From an uncultured Chloroflexia bacterium (GTDB lineage Bacteria > Chloroflexota > Limnocylindria > Limnocylindrales > CSP1-4): a DNA stretch of 64,000 nucleotides. The notes beneath the pieces were generated by a model that worked only from the letters and a program-made list of their open reading frames with translations, did no database searches and was not told the DNA's origin. Positions 38,779 through 50,376 of this stretch are shown piece by piece. Made by a program: the position numbers and the translations under genes. Every line of letters begins with the position of its first letter. Position 1 is the first letter of the stretch. Location of the stretch: positions 14,034 to 78,033 of the forward strand of contig CAVORC010000023.1 in NCBI GenBank assembly GCA_963698505.1. Reading direction: 5' to 3'.

Positions 38779-39339
38779 CTAGGCGCCGCGGGCTGCGCGC
38801 ATGGCCTGGATGGCCGCCAGCTGATCGCGGAACTCGTTGCGGATGGCGTCGACCTCGTCGGCGCGAAAGCCAAGCTCCTTGCCGATCTCGTTGAGCTCGG
38901 CGCTCTCGGCCGCGCTGATACTGTCGTCCGCAGCGCCGACCGCGAAGGCAGTCCGCAGCAGATCCTCGCGCTGCTCGCGAGTGGCGGTGCTGGCGAACTC
39001 GCGTGTCACCACGAAGTCGTCGGTCGCTCCGTACAGCTCGGCCATGTTGCGTGCCATCTCCACCACCAGCACCGACTGTGCCTCGCTCAGGTGTCCCACG
39101 TCGACCACGGCCTGCTCCATGAACCGCAGCTCGGTGGCGGTGATGTCAAGGTCGGCATGAGCCGCCCGGGCCAGCACGTAGGCGAAGCCGGCGATGAAGC
39201 GACGCTGCTCGATGGGCATCGCCTCGATCTCGCCGGCGATGCGCCGGATCGACTCGGTCTCCGCGCCGCCTGCCGGCCGTGCCGCGGATTCGGTGGGCGG
39301 CGGCTCGTCACGGCCACCGAACAGGCCTCGCAGGACCAT
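38779..39339 (-). CDS. TerB-like (tellurite resistance protein B family) protein
   Basis: RFIAGFAYVLARAAHADLDITATELRFMEQ and AFAVGAADDSISAAESAELNEIGKELG repeats are typical of the TerB fold. Confidence 0.6.
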   Translation of the reverse strand: MVLRGLFGGRDEPPPTESAARPAGGAETESIRRIAGEIEAMPIEQRRFIAGFAYVLARAAHADLDITATELRFMEQAVVDVGHLSEAQSVLVVEMARNMAELYGATDDFVVTREFASTATREQREDLLRTAFAVGAADDSISAAESAELNEIGKELGFRADEVDAIRNEFRDQLAAIQAMRAARGA

Positions 39340-39408
39340 GGGTCATACCTCGATACGTGATGCAAGTGCGTGAGCTGATAGGGGGACGCTAGCACGGTCA
39401 GCGCTGCG

Positions 39409-40314
39409 GTGGCACGCAGGCCCGACTACACTCCCTGCGTGACCGACTCCCAGCCCCCCGGCGACGGCACGAGCGAGCCCAAGCCACAGAGCGCGACACC
39501 GCGCAGTCCCGCGACGCGCGACCTGGGCATGCGCGCCACCCTCCTCTTCCCCGATCGTGAGATCGTGCAACGCTTCTACGTGCCACTGATCTACACCGCC
39601 TGCCGCACGTGCTACAGCGAGCTGGAGCCGCAGGACATCTTCGAACGGGCGAGCAGTGGCCGCGTGGCCGCAGAGAAGCAGCAGGAGCTCGTGCGCCGCG
39701 TCATCGATTCTGGCCACGGGTCCACCATCGAGCACATCGTGTTCACCTTCGCCATCAGCGGCGTGACGCGGACCCTCTCACATCAGCTGGTGCGTCATCG
39801 CGCGGGGCTCGCCTTCGACCAGCAGTCACAGCGATACGTGAAGTACAAGGAGCCCAGCTACATGGTGCCGGGCTCGGTGAGCGATGCCGATGACGAGGTC
39901 CGACAGCGCTTCGAGGAGCAGCTGGCGGGATCGCTCAAGGTCTACGAGGACATGGTCGAGGCCGGCATCCCGGGTGAGGATGCGCGCTTCGTCATGCCCA
40001 ATGCGACAAGGACCAACCTGGTGATGACGACCAACCTGCGAGCCCTCATCCACATGGCCGGCCTGCGCCTGTGCGTGATGGCGCAGTGGGAGATCCGCCG
40101 ACTGTTCCAGCTCATCCGCCACGAGATCTTCGCGGTCAGCCCCTTCCTGGGCTCGTTCCTGGCGCCCAAGTGCGTGCCCATGGGCTACTGCGACGAGGAC
40201 CGCAATCGCGATGAGCATTGCCCGATCCGTCCACACAAGGACAACGTCCTGGGCGCCTGGGCAGAGAAGAAGGCCGCTGCCAAGGCCGGAGGACGAGACC
40301 TGCCTACGCTGTGA
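39409..40314 (+). CDS. thyX: FAD-dependent thymidylate synthase
   Basis: HGSTIEHIVFTF, the ThyX motif RTLSHQLVRHRAGLAFDQQSQRY, and NLRALIHMAGLR. The start is uncertain, with alternatives near 39439 and 39529. Confidence 0.85.
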   Translation: MARRPDYTPCVTDSQPPGDGTSEPKPQSATPRSPATRDLGMRATLLFPDREIVQRFYVPLIYTACRTCYSELEPQDIFERASSGRVAAEKQQELVRRVIDSGHGSTIEHIVFTFAISGVTRTLSHQLVRHRAGLAFDQQSQRYVKYKEPSYMVPGSVSDADDEVRQRFEEQLAGSLKVYEDMVEAGIPGEDARFVMPNATRTNLVMTTNLRALIHMAGLRLCVMAQWEIRRLFQLIRHEIFAVSPFLGSFLAPKCVPMGYCDEDRNRDEHCPIRPHKDNVLGAWAEKKAAAKAGGRDLPTL

Positions 40315-40346
40315 CCGAGCGCCCTACCCTGCCAGGCGAGCAGTGG

Positions 40347-41152
40347 TCAGCCTGGAGGCAGGTCCTCGGTGAAGCGACCGATCACCCGCGCCAGGCGCGG
40401 ACCGGCCTCATCGGCGGCCGCCACGACCTCGGCATGCGTCAGCGGCGTGGGCGAGAGGCCAGCACCCGCGTTCGTGACCAGGGAGATGCCGCACACGCGC
40501 TGGCCGGCCCAGTGAGCCACCATCGCCTCCATCACCGTGGACATGCCCACCGCGTCGGCGCCAAGTCCACGCAGCATGCGGACCTCCGCCGGGGTCTCGT
40601 AGGTCGGCCCGGTCAGGCCGGCATAGACGCCCTGCACCAGTGCCACGTCCTCTGCGCGACCGGCCGCCAGGAGCCGCTCGCGCAGCTCACGGTCCCAGAC
40701 GCCGGTCATGTCCGGGAAGCGCGGGCCCATGGCGTCGTCGTTGGGCCCCATCAGAGGGTTGCGCCCGGTCAGGTTGAGGTGGTCCTGCATGACCATCAGG
40801 GTGCCCGCGGCGTACGCCGGGTTGACGCCGCCGGAGGCATTGGTCAGCAGCAGCACACGGGCGCCAAGTCGGCCCAGCAGCAACGCCGGCTCCACCACGA
40901 GCCGCTCGCTGAGGCCCTCGTACATGTGCAGGCGGCCACGCAGGCAGGCCACGGGGACGCCGCGCAGCGTGCCCAGCAGCAATCGGCCGCTGTGGCCCGG
41001 TACCGACGGGGCCGGCCAGCCGGGCAGCTCGTCGAACCCGATGACGACCGCATCGACTCGATCTCGTCGGCGAGGCTGCCGAGACCGGAGCCCAGCACCA
41101 TCCCGAGGCGCGGCCTCAGCTCGGTCGCCGCGCGCACGCGCGCCTCGAGCAC
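40347..41152 (-). pseudogene. punA: purine nucleoside phosphorylase, apparent frameshift near codon 33
   Basis: MLEARVRAATELRPRLGMVLGSGLGSLADEIE is followed in the next frame by VDAVVIGFDELPGWPAPSVPGHSGRLLLGTLRGVPVACLRGRLHMYEG...TNASGG...GPTYETPAE...GMSTV. Confidence 0.75.
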
Positions 41153-41264
41153 ATCGAGCCGCTGGCTGAAAAGGGAACGAACGGGTCGGTCACGGCAGTG
41201 GTCTCCTCAGGCAGGTCCGACAAGGGTAGCCCGAGCCACGCACACGCAAGTGCCCGGAGCGACC

Positions 41265-41322
41265 TCCACGTGTCCCGGTTCGCCTTGATGCGATCTCAGC
41301 GATCCGAGTCGCCGGTTCGCCT
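41265..41322. repeat. two 21-bp direct repeats CCGGTTCGCCTTGATG(C/T)GATC, 37-bp period
   Basis: Copies at 41265-41285 and 41302-41322 differ at one position. They lie 113-170 nt upstream of the punA start. Confidence 0.6.
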
Positions 41323-41408
41323 TGATGTGATCGCGGCGCTCCTGGCTCGTGTGTGGCCCCTCCGGGCAAGACCTACTATGCCGACTGCCTCCCACGCAGG
41401 TCAATGCG

Positions 41409-41485
41409 GTTATCCACCAGTTGGCTCGCTGGACCAGGCTCGTTGTGCACACGTCGCGCGCCGATGTTGACAGACGGTGGATAAC
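41409..41485. promoter_or_regulatory. inverted pair of identical 10-mers GTTATCCACC / GGTGGATAAC (DnaA-box-like)
   Basis: 41409-41418 and 41476-41485 are exact reverse complements. TTATCCACC matches TTATCCACA at 8/9. Confidence 0.3.
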
Positions 41486-41493
41486 GTGCTGCG

Positions 41494-42171
41494 TCAGGCC
41501 CTTCGGCGGCGCGAACGCACGACGATGGATCGTGCGAGGCGGTCGTGCAGGCCCTGCTTGGCTGACCCCTGCACCATGGTGTAGAGCAGCAGCAGCAGCC
41601 AGGCCAGGCCAAGCCCGGCCAGGATGAGCGCGATGGTGTTGGGCACGTAGAGCGCCAGCGACACCAGCAGCGCCGGGATGCCGACGACGAGCCAGCGCAC
41701 GATCGCGTGACGCGGGTCCAGTGGCCGCCCGTCCGTCTCGGTCCCCACGCGCAAGCCCAGCAGCCGCATCCCGGCCGTCGCTCCGAACAGCACCCATGAC
41801 GCCGCCGAAGTAGGCCGCGCTGACGGCCAGCTGCAGCAGCAGCACGACGCAGGAAGGCCACCACCTCGAGCTCGCCACCCGGTCTGTCCAGCGCGCCCGG
41901 CTCGCTCACCAGGCCGCCGAAGAGCCACGCCAGCACGAACCCCACGAGCGACAGGAGGATGATGTCGATGACGAGGGCCATGATGCGATTGGGCACGTCG
42001 GCGAGCAGGAGTCCAGCCGGTCCAGCCACGCGCTCGGTCGAGGTGATGCCCTGGGCGAGACCGCGCGACGCTCGCTCGGAGTCGGCCGGCACGGCCGATG
42101 CCGCGCTCGTCCCGGATGGCTTCCTGCTCGAGCCCGTCGTCGTCGCCGGGTGTCGGTCCGGGCGCTGTCAT
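41494..42171 (-). pseudogene. RDD family membrane protein, two to three apparent frameshifts
   Basis: Pieces lie in three frames: AGLLLADVPNRIMALVIDIILLSLVGFVLAWLFGG...GGELEVVAFL; VVLLLQLAVSAAYFGGVMGAV; FGATAGMRLLGLRVGTETDGRPLDPRHAIVRWLV...SAKQGLHDRLARSIVV. Confidence 0.5.
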
Positions 42172-42278
42172 CGCTGGCCTCCTGTGGGCGCGCAGCCGGT
42201 GGTGGGCTGATCGCGTGGCACCGCGCGTTCAGCGGTCAGGATACCCGCCCAGCCCGGTGCGCAGCGCCCGGGTGGCTG

Positions 42279-43301
<1,023 letters not shown>

Positions 43302-43302
<1 letters not shown>

Positions 43303-43732
43303 CAGTCGCGGATGGGTCGAGAGGCGGCGCGTCCGAACTCACGCCGCTCGACACCGCGACCCATCCAGCCGATGACGATGGCGGAGGCCCCCAGCAGCAG
43401 GTGACCCAGTTGATCGAAGCCCGATGCCGGCGGCGTCATAGAGGCCGAACAGGTCCGCCGTGAGCAGGCTCAGCACGCCCGGTGGCCAGCAGGAAGATGC
43501 CCAGGCCGATCAGGCCGTAGGCGCGGTTGCGGCCGTTGAGCGCGACCCCCACATGCAGGAAGAGGGCGCCGCAGACGAGGTGGATGAGGTCATGGCCGAA
43601 GCCGGTCACGAAGATGCCCGTGGTGTCTGGTCGGCCCACGATGGGGTTGCCGATGGAGCCGGCGATGCCAAGCACGATGAGGATGGTGCCCGCCACCATG
43701 GCGAAGCTGCGCTCCAGCCCCAACGAGCTCAT
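43302..43732 (-). pseudogene. DUF4383 family membrane protein, two apparent frameshifts
   Basis: GGAGG RBS. MSSLGLERSFAMVAGTILIVLGIAGS...GHDLIHLVCGALFLHVG is in the first frame. It is followed by VLSLLTADLFGLYDAAG and then FDQLGHLLLGASAIVIGWMG...stop, in two other frames. The stop overlaps the moaA start. Confidence 0.5.
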
Positions 43733-43793
43733 CTGACCTCCTGTCCTTCGGTGCGAGCGGCGGCCGGCAGCCGGCGCCGACGCAGGCCCGAGA

Positions 43794-45773
<1,980 letters not shown>

Positions 45774-45904
45774 GGGTGGGTTCCTCCTCCGCTCATGTCG
45801 GGTGACAGGGACACCGCCGCCCACGCGAAGCGGGCAGGATAGGCCAATCCGCGGGGCCGCGCTCCGCGCTCAGGCCCGCGCCAGCCGCCAGCATGGCCAC
45901 TCTG

Positions 45905-46378
45905 TCAGGAGCGCTCGGTCGTGTCGTCTGCCGGCAGATCCGGCGGGTTCGTAGCAGCGGTCGGGGCGCGATCCGCATCTGGCGCGGTCGGAGACGTGCT
46001 GGGTGGCACCTGGCCGGTGGCGATGGCCGCGCTGGTCGCGCCCGAGCCTCCGGAGCGCGGCGCTCCCGACGGATAGTAGCGCTGCGTCTGTCGCGCGGCT
46101 TCCTTGCGGTTGGCGAACACCTGCGACCACTTCATGATGTCGAGGAACACGCCGAGCAGGATCCACATCCAGTCCCAGCCCTCGATACCGCCGACCAGCG
46201 TCCAGGTCAGCAGGTACATGATGGTGGTGTAGGGCAGGAAGAGGATGCCCAGGAGCGGCACGATGACGTCGCCCTGCCAGACCAGCGGCCAGCGATCGCT
46301 GAAGATCCAGGCCAGGACGAGGATGACGCGCGGCGCGACCGCGGCGCTGAATGCCAGCAGGCAGCCCAACAGGATCAT
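45905..46378 (-). CDS. hypothetical membrane protein
   Basis: Four hydrophobic segments rich in W/F/L, followed by a Pro/Ser/Thr-rich tail. Coding-like composition. Confidence 0.55.
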   Translation of the reverse strand: MILLGCLLAFSAAVAPRVILVLAWIFSDRWPLVWQGDVIVPLLGILFLPYTTIMYLLTWTLVGGIEGWDWMWILLGVFLDIMKWSQVFANRKEAARQTQRYYPSGAPRSGGSGATSAAIATGQVPPSTSPTAPDADRAPTAATNPPDLPADDTTERS

Positions 46379-46448
46379 GATCTCCCTCCGCTATGTGCTC
46401 GCATCCTAGCCGACCCGGCAGGGCCGACACGCCCTGACGCGCAGGCCA

Positions 46449-47243
46449 TCAGGTCCCCAGCTGATCGGGATCGACCGCCGCGGCTCCGCTCGGGTCCGGC
46501 TCAGCGACCGCCTCGTGGTCGGCAGTGGGCAGCACCGGGGCGGAGGCCTCTGACGGGGCCAGGAAGGCGTTGGCCAGGAAGCCGGTCAGCGTGCCGAAGA
46601 TGCCCACCCCGACCACGATGATGAGCGATCCGATGAGCCGCCCGAGGTCGGTCACCGGGTAGACGTCGCCGTAGCCCACGGTCGACATCGTCACCAGCAG
46701 GTACCAGACCGCATCGCTGGCGTTGACGATGCTGGCACCCTCCGCGGTGCGCTCGACCGCCAGCATGGCCACGGCTCCGAACTCCAGCACCAACAGGCCA
46801 ACGAGAAGGACCGAGAGCAGACCACCGGCCGCGCGGTTGGAGAAGAAGGCCTTGAAGGCCTGCAGCGGGCCGCCCAGGCGACCCATGATGCTCACCATGC
46901 GCACGACGCGGATGACGCGGAGGATGCGCAGGAACGGGAACGCCGCCAGGAGATCGACCCACCCTCGCCCCGGCCCCAGGTAGCGCCGGGCGCTGTCCGC
47001 CACGAGCAGCCGACGCAGCAGATCAAGGATGAAGATCAGCGTCAGGATCCCGTCCATGATGATGAAGACCATGGTGATGTCCGGGTTGCCCAGGAACCAG
47101 ACCATGACCAGGTTGAAGACCGAGAGGATCGAGACCCCGAGGATGAAGACCTCCCAGGCAGGCGACAGCAGCACCTCGCCGTCGGCGCGCTGCCTGCCCC
47201 ATTCGATGGGCTCGGCTGGCCGCACCTCACCGTCGCTCGTCAC
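46449..47243 (-). CDS. ion transport protein, K+ channel with TVGYGD filter
   Basis: Six-TM layout with an Arg-repeat S4-like helix LRILRVIRVVRMV and the selectivity filter TMSTVGYGDVYP. Confidence 0.8.
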   Translation of the reverse strand: MTSDGEVRPAEPIEWGRQRADGEVLLSPAWEVFILGVSILSVFNLVMVWFLGNPDITMVFIIMDGILTLIFILDLLRRLLVADSARRYLGPGRGWVDLLAAFPFLRILRVIRVVRMVSIMGRLGGPLQAFKAFFSNRAAGGLLSVLLVGLLVLEFGAVAMLAVERTAEGASIVNASDAVWYLLVTMSTVGYGDVYPVTDLGRLIGSLIIVVGVGIFGTLTGFLANAFLAPSEASAPVLPTADHEAVAEPDPSGAAAVDPDQLGT

Positions 47244-47384
47244 TGCTGCCTCCCACTGGTCGTATCGCCTGGCCGAAGATGGTCAGGCCACAGCCTACCG
47301 TCGTGGACGGCGCAGCGCGCGGCGCCCTGCGCTGCGCGCCCATGTCGCCGACCGCGCCCCGTCCGCAGGGATAGACTCGAGGCG

Positions 47385-48664
47385 ATGGCCGACTGGGATA
47401 TCGAGTCCATCCGCTACCGCTTCCCGTCGTTGCGCCGGCCGGGGCCCGACGATCAGCCGGTGGCCTGGCTCGACAACGCCGCAGGCACGCAGGTGGTCGA
47501 TACCTGCCTGCGGGCGATCAACGACTACCTGCTCGACAGCAACGCCAACCGGGGCATGCCCTTCGCCGCCAGCCTGGAGACCGACGAGATCCTGCGTGAC
47601 ACGCGCCTCGCCATGGCCGACCTGATCGGCGCGTCCGATGCCGACGAGGTCAGCTTCGGCGCCAACATGACCACCATCACGTACGCGGTCAGCCGCGCCA
47701 TCGGCGCCACGCTCCGTCGCGGGGACGAGGTCGTCGTCACTCGCCTGGACCACGACGCCAACGTGGCACCGTGGCTGGCGATGGCCCAGGAGCGCGACCT
47801 GGTCGTGCGCTGGGTGGGCTTCCACCCGGAGGATGGCGGTCTCGACCTGGACGAGCTGGAGAGCGTGGTCGGTGCGCGCACCCGGCTGGTCGCGGTGGGA
47901 CTCGCCTCCAATGCCTTCGGCACCGTCAACCCGGTGCCGCGCATCGCGCCGACTGCACGCAGGCCGTGGGGGCGCAGCTCTTCGTCGACGCCGTCCATGC
48001 GCTGCCGCATCTGCCCATCGACGTGGCTGCCCTCGGCGCCGACTATCTGGTGTGCTCGCCGTACAAGTCGTACGGTCCGCATCTCGGCGTGCTGTGGGGC
48101 CGACGCGAACGGCTCGAGGCCCTGCCGCCGTACCACCTGCGCCCCGCTGGCGACACCATCCCCGGCCGGTTCGAGACAGGAACCCAGCCGCACGAGCTGC
48201 TGGCGGGGCTGGGCGGTACGCTGCGCTATCTCGAGAAGGTCGGCATCACCCAGGGCGGCGCGCCCGGAACGCCTGGCCAGGGCGACCGGTTCCGTCGCCC
48301 GCGTCTGCTGGCGGCGATGAGCGCCATCCGGCGCTACGAGAGCGACCTTTCAGGCCACCTGCTCAGGCGCATCGGCGCCGTGCCCGGAGCGCGCATCTAC
48401 GGTCCCCCAGCAGCCGCGGCGGTCCAGGGTCGCTGCCCCACCGTCGCCTTCACCGTCAGTGGTCTGCGGCCGGCAGACATCGCGCGCTTCCTTGCTGAGC
48501 GAGGGATCTACGTCCGGCATGGTGATCACTACGCCTGGGAGGCCCACCGCTGGCTCGGCCTGGACCAGGCGGGCGGCACCGTTCGGGTCAGCCTGGCCCA
48601 CTACAGCACGGACGATGAGATCGAGCGCCTGGGGACAGCCCTCGACGAGCTGGCCGGCGCGTAG
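47385..48664 (+). pseudogene. class V aminotransferase / cysteine desulfurase-like protein, apparent frameshift
   Basis: WLDNAAGTQ...VVVTRLDHDANVAPW...LASNAFGTVNPVPRIA continues in another frame as DCTQAVGAQLFVDAVHALPH...CSPYKSYGPHLG (PLP lysine)...VRVSLAHYSTDDEI. Confidence 0.75.
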
Positions 48665-48666
48665 CG

Positions 48667-50338
48667 TCAGTCCGCCCGGGGCCTGACCCAGCCCGGCAGC
48701 TGCGCACGCAACACGTCGAGCGGCAGGGAGCCGTGGCCGATGACCGCGTCGTGGAAGGCCTGCAGGTCGAAGCGATCACCATCTCGCGTCTCGAGCTGCC
48801 TTCGCAGCTGCAGGATCTCGCGCTGCCCGATCATGTAGCTCAGGGCCTGTCCGGGCCAGGCGATATAGCGGTCGGTCTCGATCTCGGCGTCGAGGCGTGC
48901 CAGGCCGGCGCGCGCCACGAGCAGGTCGATCGACCGCTGCCGCGTCCAGCCGAAGGCGTGCAGGCCGGTGTCGACGACGAGCCGGGCGGCGCGGTGGGCC
49001 TCCGATTCCCAGGCACCGAAGCGCTCCAGCGGTGTGCGGTAGAGACCCATCTCGGCGGCCAGTCGCTCGGCGTACAGGGCCCAGCCCTCGACGTAGGCAC
49101 CGCAGGCGAGGAGCGCTCCGTAGCGCCGGAACGCCGGCAGATGGCTGAGATGCCGCTCTGCGGTGAGCTGGAAGTGATGGCCCGGGACGGCCTCGTGGAA
49201 GGTCATCGGGACGGCCTGGTGCAGCGGCCGCGAGGGCGGGTCATAGGTGTTGAAGTAGTACCGGCCAGGGCGGCTGCCGTCATCCGCGGGTGGGTAGTAG
49301 AAGGCCGCTGGCGCGTCTCGCTCCAGGTTCGGCTCCACCGCCACGACCGCGCAGCGCTCGGCTGGCGGGTCGCCGAACCACCTCGGGCGCCTCGGCCTCG
49401 GCACGGGCGACCCACTCCCGTGCCGCCGCCACCAGTGCCGCCGAGTCCTCGAGGTGGTTCGCCGGATCCCGGTCCAGGAACACGCGCAACGAGGCCACGC
49501 TGTCGTGTCCCAGCTCGGCGGCGATGGGTGCCTCCGCGGCCTCGATCTCGTCGAGGCGGGCAAGCCCGTAGGCGTGGATGGCCGCTGGGTCCTCGGCGAG
49601 ATTGGTGTAGGCCAGGATGTGGTGCCGGTACACGGCATCGCCGTCGGGCAGGTAGCACACGCCCGGTCCCGGACGGGCATGGCCGGCGTACCCTTCCAGC
49701 GTCGCCAGCCATGCCTCCAGCGCCGGCTCCACGTGCCGGCGCACAGCGCCCAGCAGGCGCGCACGCTGGTCGTTCCCCAGCTCCGGGTTGGCCTCGACGA
49801 GTGGCGACGCCTCCGCCGGCGTCTCCACCATGCGGCGCGTCTGCTCGATGCAGCGCTCGATGACCTCGATCGGCGCCGTGCGCCCGGCCGCCACACCCTC
49901 CGAGACGTTGGCGGCGTGTGCTGCCATCCAGGCGGGGTAGGCAGCGAGACGGGCCAGCAGCCGCTCGAACCGCTCCGGGGTGTCGGTGCGCGCGAAACGT
50001 GCCAGCTCACTGGTCAGTGTCTGCGGGCCGTTGATCTGGTCGAGCGCGTCCATCTGCCACAGCCGCAGCTCATGCGCACTGCGGAACCGTCTGACCACGG
50101 CGCGCATCAGTCCCAGCGTGACGGCGTCCTCCACCGACAGGTCATCGGAGCCCAGCTGCTCGATGCGGCTGGCCCAGCCCTCGACCATCGTCACGTGGAC
50201 CGCTCGTCCGGCCGCGGAGGGATCGTCAAGGCGGTCGTCCCAGCGCTCGTCACCCTGGACGGTCGCCCACAGCGGATGCTGCGCCAGGAACTCGTCCCAC
50301 GCTCGGTCGGCGAACACATGCACCGGGGTGGCGCTCAT
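48667..50338 (-). pseudogene. DUF885 domain protein, apparent frameshift
   Basis: GAGGAAGGAA RBS. MSATPVHVFADRAWDEFLAQHPLWAT... switches frame near 49378-49386 to WFGDPPAERCAVVAVEP...FHEAVPGHHFQ...YVEGWALYAE. Paralog of the C-terminal 554 aa of the next gene. Confidence 0.75.
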
Positions 50339-50376
50339 CGCGGTTCCTTCCTCGTCCTCGCTGGCCCGCTGGTCAG

